Source of the DNA: a virus
Taxonomy: Duplodnaviria > Caudoviricetes
Virus record (IMG/VR): IMGVR_UViG_3300032312_000364
Coordinates: 1-30,556 of that record
Reading direction: 5' to 3' (one strand)
DNA length: 30,556 bases
The notes beneath the pieces are model-generated. The model had not been told where the DNA came from, did not search any database, and saw nothing but the letters and a program-made list of their open reading frames with translations. The position numbers and the translations under genes are program-made. Of this stretch, positions 18,632-26,136 are shown one piece after another (positions within the stretch are counted from its first letter, which is position 1; each line of letters starts with the position of its first letter).

Positions 18632-18696
18632 CTTATAAACCAATGTGGTTTCATGTCAATTATTATTATTGACATAAAGGTTATTTAGAATATTGT
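18632..18696. promoter_or_regulatory. Back-to-back divergent sigma70 promoters
   Basis: Minus strand TTGACA(18659-54)-16-TATAAG; plus strand TTGACA(18669-74)-16-TATTGT. Confidence 0.7.
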
Positions 18697-18720
18697 AAGT
18701 TAAAAAATGAAAGGCTTAAA

Positions 18721-19686
18721 ATGGTTATTGATTTAACAAAGAACAATTCTATAGCAGCACTAAATAATTTTGATCCTGATATTTGTATTAAATATTATCA
18801 GGCACTTGGTTTAGACCACAGCTCACCATCACAGGATAACATGAGTGATTCTGATTGGTTGTGTAGATACGTTTTTTTTGATGAACAAACTAGGCGTGCT
18901 TTACAAGGTTCATACAGAATGTCAGCTGGCGTAAGCATTGGTAGAGCTTCTCAAAGATTTGTTTCTAAATATATGTATGAAGCAGAGAAAAGAATTCTTA
19001 ATGAAAAAAAAGATTTAGATACTATCATCAAAGAAGAATTAGATCTTTACGATAAGTATGTTGTTGCAGATGAAGAGGATAGAATACAAAAAGAAGATAC
19101 AAAAAATTATCTTGCAGATATGATTAAGATTTGTTGTAAAGCATTAGCTGATTTTAAGTTAGGAGATGAAGTAGCAAGCGAAAGATACTGCACTTATAAA
19201 TTTAAAGAATTAGTTTTAGAAAAATTAGGGAGAATAGATTACGAGCAAATGGATAAGTCAGGCAGTGCTGCTAAACTTATTGAACTTAAGACAAAGCATC
19301 GTAGCAAAAGAAAGTCAGATACAAAAGCTGGTTACTCTTGGGTAAAAGGATATTTGCCAAAAAATCCAGACTTAAACCATGTACGCCAGTGTGCTTTTTA
19401 TTGGTACGCCACAAAAAAAACTCCTCACTTGCTTTATGTTAATCAAGATAGCTACAATGTATTTACTCCTGACACTTGTGAATTGCTTACTCCTGAGTAC
19501 ATGGAATTTTTAATTCAACAAGATTTGATTAAATCTAAAATTCGCCAGAACTTGATCTACATCACAAAAGGAAATGCTCGTGAAATGGCTAAGCTAATTC
19601 CGCCGCCAGACTTCTCAAGTTTCATGTGGAAAAACATAGCTGATGAACATGTTAGATTAGCTGCATCACTATGGGACAATGTGTAG
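18721..19686 (+). CDS. PD-(D/E)xK exonuclease (RecE/Cas4-like recombination nuclease)
   Basis: H.SPS, E, GRID, IELKT and Q.AFY motifs. Confidence 0.8.
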   Translation: MVIDLTKNNSIAALNNFDPDICIKYYQALGLDHSSPSQDNMSDSDWLCRYVFFDEQTRRALQGSYRMSAGVSIGRASQRFVSKYMYEAEKRILNEKKDLDTIIKEELDLYDKYVVADEEDRIQKEDTKNYLADMIKICCKALADFKLGDEVASERYCTYKFKELVLEKLGRIDYEQMDKSGSAAKLIELKTKHRSKRKSDTKAGYSWVKGYLPKNPDLNHVRQCAFYWYATKKTPHLLYVNQDSYNVFTPDTCELLTPEYMEFLIQQDLIKSKIRQNLIYITKGNAREMAKLIPPPDFSSFMWKNIADEHVRLAASLWDNV

Positions 19687-19864
19687 AATTATGGATATAA
19701 ATTTTTATAAAAAAACTCATTATAAGATTATGGAAAGTTATAGGCATGATATTATGATGCGTAAAATTAAAGAGAGAGAAGATAAGTTATTTAGAAAAAT
19801 GTTTATAAAGATATTATTAATTATTGTTATAGTAATAGTGCTTATAACTTTAATTACTAGATGA
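19679..19864 (+). CDS. Small protein with C-terminal transmembrane segment
   Basis: Hydrophobic run ILLIIVIVIVLITLI. Confidence 0.65.
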   Translation: MCRIMDINFYKKTHYKIMESYRHDIMMRKIKEREDKLFRKMFIKILLIIVIVIVLITLITR

Positions 19865-20100
19865 AAGTAATTCTAATGATCATAATGATGAATGGCACAG
19901 TACATAATCTAGGCTATCAAGTAGAATCTTATGACGCTAGAACTTGCGATAAGTTATTTGACAGTGTAACTTACAAAGGAAAAACAAGTAGTAAGAATAA
20001 GGTAGGTACTTTCTATAAGTCAAAGGAAGTATTTGCTCATACTTGTTCAATAGAAAAAACAACTAAAGGAAACAATGAAAGAAAAAATAAAACAAGTTAA
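19861..20100 (+). CDS. Hypothetical protein with hydrophobic N-terminus and two Cys
   Basis: 79 aa; ATGA coupling. Confidence 0.65.
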   Translation: MKVILMIIMMNGTVHNLGYQVESYDARTCDKLFDSVTYKGKTSSKNKVGTFYKSKEVFAHTCSIEKTTKGNNERKNKTS

Positions 20101-20680
20101 TGAATTGTGTGCAGCCAATGGTGCATACATAAATCAACATGGTAAGAAAACAGTATCAGCTTGGTCTAAAGTTAAATACTTTAGAGAAGTATTTGGTACT
20201 GAGTTTGGGATAAATACTATGATTGTAGAACACTCTGACAGATATGTCATAGTTAAATGTTTAATCATGGGTTACGATCCTGAAAGAATTATAGCAACAG
20301 GTTACTCTAAACAGTTTAGAGATAAGCCAGGTTATCTTGAGATAGCTGAAACATTTGCTACTACACGAGCTTTATCATTCTTTGGAATTTGCTTGGAAGA
20401 TTTGACAAGCAAAGAAGAGTACGAGGATTTAGAGATCCCAGTACAACCAATGAATGGAAAAGATACTACATCAGCCGCTATAAGATATGATGATGGTATA
20501 ATTTTAGAGCTGACTAAGAAAATTAATTACGCACCGCATACAGCAAAACTAGATTTTCTGTGGCGTGCTAATAAAGATCTTCTTAATCAGATAAAAATAA
20601 AAGATCTCGCAACTTACAATTCTATCTTGCAAAGATTTAATAGTAAGCGTGATGAGATCACAACTCAAAATGAGGTATAA
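20075..20680 (+). CDS. Single-strand annealing protein (Rad52/Sak-like)
   Basis: V....KYFR..FG, IIATG, LEIAETFATTRAL..GI. Lies between the exonuclease and SSB-like genes. Confidence 0.7.
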   Translation: MKEKIKQVNELCAANGAYINQHGKKTVSAWSKVKYFREVFGTEFGINTMIVEHSDRYVIVKCLIMGYDPERIIATGYSKQFRDKPGYLEIAETFATTRALSFFGICLEDLTSKEEYEDLEIPVQPMNGKDTTSAAIRYDDGIILELTKKINYAPHTAKLDFLWRANKDLLNQIKIKDLATYNSILQRFNSKRDEITTQNEV

Positions 20681-21021
20681 TGAACGAGCAACCAAAGAAT
20701 AAGATATATTTAAATCTTGTTCCTAACTTAAATAAAAAGCCAGGCGATAATCAACCAGTATTTGTTGCACCAACATCTCCAAAATCCCCAGAGGGAAAAA
20801 ATTGGAAGATGAATGTGAACATAAATAATGAATGGTACGATTATGCGGCATTTGACGGAGTTTCGATTGATGGTGAACCAACAGGCGGTTACACTGTGAT
20901 CTTAACAAAGAAAGAAGCACAAGCAACAGCAGGAGCAAATAAACAACCAGCATTTAAAGCTGGTGGATTTCAAAAGAAAGCGTTTACAAGTAACAAATCT
21001 TTTGGTAATCGCAACTACTAA
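20680..21021 (+). CDS. Putative single-stranded DNA-binding protein
   Basis: N.NKK...QP.F beta-rich core with a flexible aromatic tail; synteny. Confidence 0.5.
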   Translation: MNEQPKNKIYLNLVPNLNKKPGDNQPVFVAPTSPKSPEGKNWKMNVNINNEWYDYAAFDGVSIDGEPTGGYTVILTKKEAQATAGANKQPAFKAGGFQKKAFTSNKSFGNRNY

Positions 21022-21111
21022 TAGTAGGTAATACTATTATTACCTCTATCCCTAGGGTTTTCATCAGGCAGTCATGCCTACCCTTTCATTGTTTCCCTAG
21101 GGGTAGAGTAA
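21019..21111 (+). ncRNA. Candidate structured RNA with a loop antisense to RBS/start regions
   Basis: Hairpin 21019-21039, then a ~17-bp stem (21040-57/21095-111) enclosing AGGCA-GTCA-TGCCT and unpaired ACCCTTTCATTGTTT. Confidence 0.55.
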
Positions 21112-21130
21112 AAAACAGAAAAGGATATAC

Positions 21131-21424
21131 ATGGTAAGCAAGTCAGACTTCATTGATATTGAAGAAAAAATTCAGAAAAGAATTATAGAAGAACGTAATC
21201 AAGAGTATGGAGATTACCAAGAGAACTTTGCATTACTTGCAGAGATGTTTTCAATAATACTTTTTAGTAAGATTAAAACAGCATTACAACCAGAAGACGT
21301 TGGTCATATAATGATGGCACTTAAACTATATCGCTGCACTAAGAAATACAAAGCAGATAGTTATGATGATCTATCTATTTATTGTAAGATGACTAAGCAG
21401 GTTAGGCAAAATAAAAAATCATGA
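21131..21424 (+). CDS. DUF6378-like phage protein
   Basis: ERNQEYGD...NF..A....V...M..LK..R...DSYDDL..Y. Confidence 0.7.
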   Translation: MVSKSDFIDIEEKIQKRIIEERNQEYGDYQENFALLAEMFSIILFSKIKTALQPEDVGHIMMALKLYRCTKKYKADSYDDLSIYCKMTKQVRQNKKS

Positions 21425-21621
21425 AGGTTGTAAGATTAAAAAAGTGTGAATGTTTTTTTACTTATGTAGAAGAATTTGACACAGCAGAACATGCTATTGA
21501 TCCTGATAAACGAGGTTTGTTTATTAAAGTTAAGGTTGGAGCAATAAGAGTAAACTCAGTAAGTATAAGACAGAAAGAAGATAAATATGATGAACATAAA
21601 GCAGCTAAAGGAACAAATTAA
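21421..21621 (+). CDS. Hypothetical protein
   Basis: 66 aa, coupled to neighbours. Confidence 0.65.
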   Translation: MKVVRLKKCECFFTYVEEFDTAEHAIDPDKRGLFIKVKVGAIRVNSVSIRQKEDKYDEHKAAKGTN

Positions 21622-22096
21622 ATTAAGATACACTACTAATGTGTATGCAAACTTAACAGATAAAGAACGCAAACTTTATCGTTTAGGTTTTAAGACTGGA
21701 TATAAATTAGCCAGAGAGTTTTTTAAAAAGCATGTTGTTACTAAACAGAATACAGTTTTTAAAGAAGTTGTTAAGTATGTAACAATCAATGATGTTGTAG
21801 TGCCTGAGAATGTAAAAGAAATGTTATCTATTGTTGCCAATCAACTTAGCATAGATGTTAATGAAATACTTACTAAGACTAGAATACAATCAGCTGTGAT
21901 TGCACGATCCATTTTAATTAATGTTCTTAGAGATAAGTACGCAATGCCATTTACAAAGATAGGCGTGCTACTTGGCAATCGTGATCATACAACTATGATC
22001 CATCATGTTAGAATGAAAATGAATAAGGAACATTTCTGGAAACCAGATCATATTATCTGGAACAGATATAAATATGTGATGGATAATGTTAAGTAA
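21587..22096 (+). CDS. Protein with DnaA C-terminal (domain IV) DNA-binding domain and no AAA+ domain
   Basis: KTR...IAR...KIG..LGNRDHTTMIH matches the DnaA signature RDHTT. Confidence 0.85.
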   Translation: MMNIKQLKEQIKLRYTTNVYANLTDKERKLYRLGFKTGYKLAREFFKKHVVTKQNTVFKEVVKYVTINDVVVPENVKEMLSIVANQLSIDVNEILTKTRIQSAVIARSILINVLRDKYAMPFTKIGVLLGNRDHTTMIHHVRMKMNKEHFWKPDHIIWNRYKYVMDNVK

Positions 22097-22261
22097 TTAC
22101 TTCTTAAATCCTGCTAATAAACTTTTATAAGACTTTTTAGAAATTGTAGATTCAGATTTAGATCTTGATGTACCAGCTTCTTTACGTTTGTTAATATTAT
22201 AATACAAACCTTTGCGAGCAGTTTTGCCTTCTTTAGTTTTATGATATTTAGATTTATCCAT
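22097..22261 (-). CDS. Small basic protein (54 aa; not in ORF track)
   Basis: MDKSKYHKTKEGKTARKGLYYNINKRKEAGTSRSKSESTISKKSYKSLLAGFKK. Confidence 0.75.
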   Translation of the reverse strand: MDKSKYHKTKEGKTARKGLYYNINKRKEAGTSRSKSESTISKKSYKSLLAGFKK

Positions 22262-22262
22262 A

Positions 22263-22424
22263 TTACATTGATAACAAGGATTTAAATCCTTTAGCCATCT
22301 TTCCTGTTACACCTTTAATAGTTCCTTTATTCTCTGACGCATAGAATACAGCTTTACCTTTTTCTTTACCATATTCTTTTTGCATTTCTGCTAAAATCTT
22401 TTTACCTTTTTTATTCAGTGGCAT
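22263..22424 (-). CDS. Small basic protein (53 aa; not in ORF track)
   Basis: MPLNKKGKKILAEMQKEYGKEKGKAVFYASENKGTIKGV... Confidence 0.8.
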   Translation of the reverse strand: MPLNKKGKKILAEMQKEYGKEKGKAVFYASENKGTIKGVTGKMAKGFKSLLSM

Positions 22425-23028
22425 ATTAATAAATTAGTTTGTTTGATTTAGAAAGATTAGCAGATGGTGTTAGATATTGCAAGTTCCATTCTACATGCAA
22501 ACCACAAACAGTCTTACCTTGTAATGGGACAATATGATCAACATGATAACCTTTGGGACAGTTCTTATATATCTCTTTTATCTTATTAAGATTAGCAAAC
22601 TTAGGTGTAGCTTTTAATTCTGATGCTTTTCTTTTAGCAAAGGCGGCTCTTTTAACATGAGGATTTTTTAAATTATATTTTTTAATTCTATTTTTTATTT
22701 TTTCTTTATTAATTAAAGAATATAATTTTACCTTTTTTTTTATTTTATCTATATTATTTATATAATATAATCTTTTTTTTTCTTTGTTTATTTTTTTATT
22801 ATTTAAATAATAGATTCTACGCTTTTCTTTTATTTTATCTTTATTTTTTAAATTATATAATTTATTTGCTTTATTTTTTTTATCTTTATTTATTAAATTA
22901 TATTTTTTTTGATATTCTTTAAGATACTCTATATTTTTTAAACGATAATTTTTATGATATTCTTTGTTATATTCTTTGTTTTTTAAACGATAAATTCTTT
23001 GATATTCTTTTTTATTCATTGGCATATT
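22406..23028. repeat. 22-bp direct repeats flanking the HNH gene
   Basis: CTTTTTTATTCAGTGGCATATT (22406-27) vs CTTTTTTATTCATTGGCATATT (23007-28); one mismatch. Confidence 0.8.
22426..23025 (-). CDS. HNH endonuclease with Lys/Asn/Tyr-rich N-terminal repeats
   Basis: YHVDHIVPL...[11 protein letters not shown]...N.SKSN; ~15-aa repeats YxLxNKxK; markedly lower GC than flanks. Confidence 0.9.
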   Translation of the reverse strand: MPMNKKEYQRIYRLKNKEYNKEYHKNYRLKNIEYLKEYQKKYNLINKDKKNKANKLYNLKNKDKIKEKRRIYYLNNKKINKEKKRLYYINNIDKIKKKVKLYSLINKEKIKNRIKKYNLKNPHVKRAAFAKRKASELKATPKFANLNKIKEIYKNCPKGYHVDHIVPLQGKTVCGLHVEWNLQYLTPSANLSKSNKLIY

Positions 23029-23269
23029 TATGTCTGCACTTCTTTGTTTTTAAATAATCTATGTACATCTGCATACGCTTTTCGCTATCTTGATTAGCCA
23101 CTGGTCTTTCTTTTATATTGTTTTGTCTTGTTGTTTCTGATTGTTCGTAGCACTTTGTATGCTGACAAGTTCTGTCTGCAAAGATAACAAATGAATCTGT
23201 ATTGATAACTTCTATGTTACAAGATTTACAAAAGCCTACACTTTTCAATATAAACTTTTTCTTAGCCAA
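23012..23269 (-). CDS. Zinc-finger-like hypothetical protein
   Basis: CxxC...HxxC. Confidence 0.7.
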   Translation of the reverse strand: MAKKKFILKSVGFCKSCNIEVINTDSFVIFADRTCQHTKCYEQSETTRQNNIKERPVANQDSEKRMQMYIDYLKTKKCRHKYANE

Positions 23270-23271
23270 GA

Positions 23272-23544
23272 CTAACTCTTTTTATTTTTATTTGCGAAAG
23301 CTCTGGCTTCTTCTTTAGATCCAAATCCCCAGGCTTTAAGTGCTAGCTTTAATCTTGTTGGCTTACCAGATTTAGAAAGTAATGATCCCTTCATCCCACC
23401 AAACCTTGCAGCAAAAGAAACTCGTCTTGGGTTAGTACCTGTCTTTACAGGAGCTTTAAGATTAGATCCTTCAGTACGATTAAAGTATTTACGACCAGCT
23501 TCGTTTAAACCACCGCTAGGATTTTGATACATTTTTTTAACCAT
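23272..23544 (-). CDS. Basic conserved phage protein (DUF6321-like)
   Basis: GGLNEAGR...NLKAPV...RRVSFAARF...ALKAW. Confidence 0.7.
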   Translation of the reverse strand: MVKKMYQNPSGGLNEAGRKYFNRTEGSNLKAPVKTGTNPRRVSFAARFGGMKGSLLSKSGKPTRLKLALKAWGFGSKEEARAFANKNKKS

Positions 23545-23660
23545 TATAATTTCTCTCTAAAAGGGTTGTAGTCATCCTCATTTATCTTAAAGCATTTACA
23601 CTGTTTTAGTAAAGCACAAAATCCTTTTCTTAACCAAAAAATACATTTGACATTTAACAT
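23544..23660 (-). CDS. Cys-rich peptide (38 aa; not in ORF track)
   Basis: MLNVKCIFWLRKGFCALLKQCKCFKINEDDYNPFREKL; GGGGAG RBS; TAATG coupling. Confidence 0.6.
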   Translation of the reverse strand: MLNVKCIFWLRKGFCALLKQCKCFKINEDDYNPFREKL

Positions 23661-23663
23661 AAA

Positions 23664-23789
23664 CTATACTCTCCCCTGACCAACATATTCTTTATAAGTT
23701 TTATTTTTATTAACACGCTTAGTATGTCTGCCTTTTCTTTTCTTAGGTGGCTTTCTAATATGTTTGTTCTCAAGATTTTTTTTTGCCAT
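23664..23789 (-). CDS. Highly basic peptide (41 aa; not in ORF track)
   Basis: MAKKNLENKHIRKPPKKRKGRHTKRVNKNKTYKEYVGQGRV. Confidence 0.7.
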   Translation of the reverse strand: MAKKNLENKHIRKPPKKRKGRHTKRVNKNKTYKEYVGQGRV

Positions 23790-23895
23790 TCTTTTTCTTT
23801 AGTTTAATCTTAATGTTAGATCCTTGCTGAGCAAGTAAGCTAGGTTTCTTTTTAGAATAAGATTGTCCAAACATTGTAGAGATTTGATCAGACAT
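23770..23895 (-). CDS. Basic peptide (41 aa; not in ORF track)
   Basis: MSDQISTMFGQSYSKKKPSLLAQQGSNIKIKLKKKNGKKKS; coupled to the holin stop. Confidence 0.6.
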   Translation of the reverse strand: MSDQISTMFGQSYSKKKPSLLAQQGSNIKIKLKKKNGKKKS

Positions 23896-24275
23896 TATTT
23901 TTTAGTGAATGCGTCAATGCTCGGCTTCAACCCATAAATCGCACCGAAGATACCAACGATTAACCATTGATACCAACTAGGGAACTTACCAAAATAATCA
24001 AAGAACAAATCTAATTTAGATTTAATATTAATGTCATCACTAATAACTGCATAAGATAAAACAATAATAGGAATACAAACAACGATTAAAACAAATTCAT
24101 CTTTCCATGATTTGTCTTGTTGATCGTACACATCTCTAGTGTACTCTATTTCACCACGTGCCATGCGTTCATAGTGTCTTTTTTCAGCTTCAGATTCTAA
24201 TAGTTCTGATTGCTTATGATTCTTATAAATCTCAGCACCAGTTTTAAAAACAGTAGGTAATATATTCCACCACAT
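23895..24275 (-). CDS. Putative holin
   Basis: SWKDEF followed by two transmembrane segments and P.WY; adjacent to the lysozyme gene. Confidence 0.65.
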   Translation of the reverse strand: MWWNILPTVFKTGAEIYKNHKQSELLESEAEKRHYERMARGEIEYTRDVYDQQDKSWKDEFVLIVVCIPIIVLSYAVISDDINIKSKLDLFFDYFGKFPSWYQWLIVGIFGAIYGLKPSIDAFTKK

Positions 24276-24709
24276 TATATTTCACACTTCCTAACTAAGT
24301 TAGCCAGCTCTTCGCATCTGCTTGGTGTCTGTCTGTACCATGCTGAGTTTAACATTTCTGCAGCAGCTCTTGTGTAATCAAATTCGTTTAAAGCTGCAAA
24401 CATATTCTTAAATTTAGATACACCAGTCTTTCCTAATTGAAATACCATCTCAATAATAACTCCTTTAACAAGCATAGGTAAAGGCTGTGTTCCAACTAAT
24501 TCTTCCATACCTTGTTTAGCTTTAATAAAATCTTTATCAAACAATGCTTCAAGTATATCTTTGTCATAGATAATACCTTCTTCAAAATCATCATCTTCAG
24601 TAAGTAAATGACCATAACCAATAGTACCTTTGCCAAGTGAATCTAAATATACTTTGGCAGAGAAACCTTCGTGCTTCTTGATGCGTGTTTTAACGTCTTC
24701 GTAATTCAT
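24275..24709 (-). CDS. Endolysin, T4-lysozyme-like (GH24)
   Basis: HEG...YLDSLG..TIGYGH (E-x8-D-x5-T triad), M.FQLG, SAWYRQTP.R. Confidence 0.92.
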   Translation of the reverse strand: MNYEDVKTRIKKHEGFSAKVYLDSLGKGTIGYGHLLTEDDDFEEGIIYDKDILEALFDKDFIKAKQGMEELVGTQPLPMLVKGVIIEMVFQLGKTGVSKFKNMFAALNEFDYTRAAAEMLNSAWYRQTPSRCEELANLVRKCEI

Positions 24710-25008
24710 TTAATTAATATTTTACCATCTTCATATACATATACAATCTTAACATTCATAGTGGATTGTATTTTAGATGGAGATCTATTGATACGATCAT
24801 TCTTTTTGTGTGCATATTTAGTAGCTGACTTTCTATATGATACAGTCTTAACATCGTAGTTAGTATATTTTTTTGTCTTAGTATTAAATACAACAAGATC
24901 TATTGGACCAACACCACCTAGTGCTGTGAATACAATTAAGTCAGGATCTTTAGCAAAGTGTGCTTGTGCTAATGCTTCTGATACTAAACCCTTGTCTGAT
25001 TTCTTCAT
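24706..25008 (-). CDS. PD-(D/E)xK endonuclease-like protein
   Basis: KG..SE, GPIDLV and DVKT. Confidence 0.7.
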   Translation of the reverse strand: MKKSDKGLVSEALAQAHFAKDPDLIVFTALGGVGPIDLVVFNTKTKKYTNYDVKTVSYRKSATKYAHKKNDRINRSPSKIQSTMNVKIVYVYEDGKILIK

Positions 25009-25037
25009 CAGTATTGTAAACCCTTTTAGTTTTTTGT

Positions 25038-25268
25038 TTATCTAAATTGAAAGAAACTACCAACTGCTGTAACAATACCGCCAAGGAATATAATAAAATA
25101 AATAATCCCTTTACCTTTACTCATATCGCTACGAAGATCTTTAACATCACTACGCAATTCATCTATTGTTTTAATAAGTGTTTGCATTCGTTCAGCACAA
25201 ATCTTTTCATGTGCAGACAAACGAATAGATGTACCAGATGTAGGTTGCTTCTTTCTCTTCATACACAA
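25038..25268 (-). CDS. Coiled-coil protein with C-terminal TM (lysis-associated)
   Basis: RLSAHEKICAER, coiled coil, hydrophobic C-terminus. Start is probably the second Met (25262). Confidence 0.7.
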   Translation of the reverse strand: MCMKRKKQPTSGTSIRLSAHEKICAERMQTLIKTIDELRSDVKDLRSDMSKGKGIIYFIIFLGGIVTAVGSFFQFR

Positions 25269-25296
25269 GGTATAGTGGTTGTGGATAAAAAGTCAA
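25269..25296 (-). promoter_or_regulatory. Promoter of the lysis operon with a DnaA box in the spacer
   Basis: TTGACT-16-TATACC; TTATCCACA at 25288-25280. Confidence 0.6.
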
Positions 25297-25309
25297 TTAT
25301 AGATTGTTA

Positions 25310-25528
25310 TTATATTGATTGATTAGGTATCTCTATACAATCAAATAGGAAAGCAGGTTTATCTATTTCAAATTGTAATGGTGGGAATATAAGAGCTTGA
25401 TCTTTTATCAAATCATATCCAGCCATAGAGCATTCTTTGAATGTTTCAAACTTCTTACCTGTGCTTATTGTATCTAGGCAGTTAGTTGTAACCATTGAGC
25501 AAACTGTAAATACTAATAAAAAATTCAT
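25310..25528 (-). CDS. Small Cys-containing protein with hydrophobic N-terminus
   Basis: 72 aa, four Cys. Confidence 0.65.
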   Translation of the reverse strand: MNFLLVFTVCSMVTTNCLDTISTGKKFETFKECSMAGYDLIKDQALIFPPLQFEIDKPAFLFDCIEIPNQSI

Positions 25529-25533
25529 TAAAG

Positions 25534-25562
25534 TTATTTACACTAATATGTGGATAAGTAAA
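25534..25562 (-). promoter_or_regulatory. Candidate promoter overlapping a DnaA box
   Basis: TTTACT-16-TAAATA. TTATCCACA at 25557-25549, plus an inverted imperfect box TTATTTACA at 25534-42. Confidence 0.5.
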
Positions 25563-25590
25563 TAAAGGTGGTATTGCTACCACCTCTATT
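25561..25590 (-). terminator. Intrinsic terminator
   Basis: Minus strand AATAGAGGTGGTA-GCAA-TACCACCTTTATT followed by a T-rich run. Confidence 0.75.
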
Positions 25591-25601
25591 GTAAGGATTA
25601 A

Positions 25602-25760
25602 CTATTCGTTATCCTCATCCTCGTCTATATCATCCTCAAGATCATCATCTTCTAATTCATCATCATAAGAATCATCTTGATTTACTTGGAGTTCCAAGTC
25701 ATCTAATAAATCTTTTATCTCATAGATAATATCAGATGGGGATTTTTTCTTTTTTGCCAT
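25602..25760 (-). CDS. Very acidic small protein (52 aa; not in ORF track)
   Basis: MAKKKKSPSDIIYEIKDLLDDLELQVNQDDSYDDELEDDDLEDDIDEDEDNE; AGGAG RBS; own terminator. Confidence 0.8.
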   Translation of the reverse strand: MAKKKKSPSDIIYEIKDLLDDLELQVNQDDSYDDELEDDDLEDDIDEDEDNE

Positions 25761-25865
25761 ATCAAACTCCTATTAGTTGGTTTGGCATGTGCGAGATAAA
25801 GTTAATTGAATAATAAGTAAATAAAATTATTTTTTATAACTTATTGTTTTATAACTATTATTTAT

Positions 25866-25985
25866 TTATTTTTTATATAGTTTTTCTACTGTATCTGCGT
25901 AGTTCTTCCAGAATGATTTTGCATCTTCAAAAGCATCCGCATAGAACTTAGTCCAGTAGTTTTTAATATCAGTATAGTTTAACAT
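25866..25985 (-). CDS. Aromatic amphipathic peptide (39 aa; not in ORF track)
   Basis: MLNYTDIKNYWTKFYADAFEDAKSFWKNYADTVEKLYKK; GGAG RBS. Confidence 0.75.
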   Translation of the reverse strand: MLNYTDIKNYWTKFYADAFEDAKSFWKNYADTVEKLYKK

Positions 25986-26027
25986 TATATTCTCCATTGG
26001 TTAATGAAGGGTATATAGGTTAAATTA

Positions 26028-26135
26028 TTATATTTTCAATATGGCTTTGATAGATTCAATAGCTTTACTGATTTCATCTTTATAAGCATAACCAATGAAA
26101 CCTCCAGCTAGTAAACCAATAATAAGTGTAATCAT
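26028..26135 (-). CDS. Small membrane peptide (35 aa; not in ORF track)
   Basis: MITLIIGLLAGGFIGYAYKDEISKAIESIKAILKI. Confidence 0.7.
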   Translation of the reverse strand: MITLIIGLLAGGFIGYAYKDEISKAIESIKAILKI

Positions 26136-26136
26136 A

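Noticed and set aside
21587-22096. Host dnaA gene or chromosomal oriC (prophage boundary)
   Set aside because: Only domain IV is present, the flanks are all phage genes, and there is no dnaN or att/integrase evidence.
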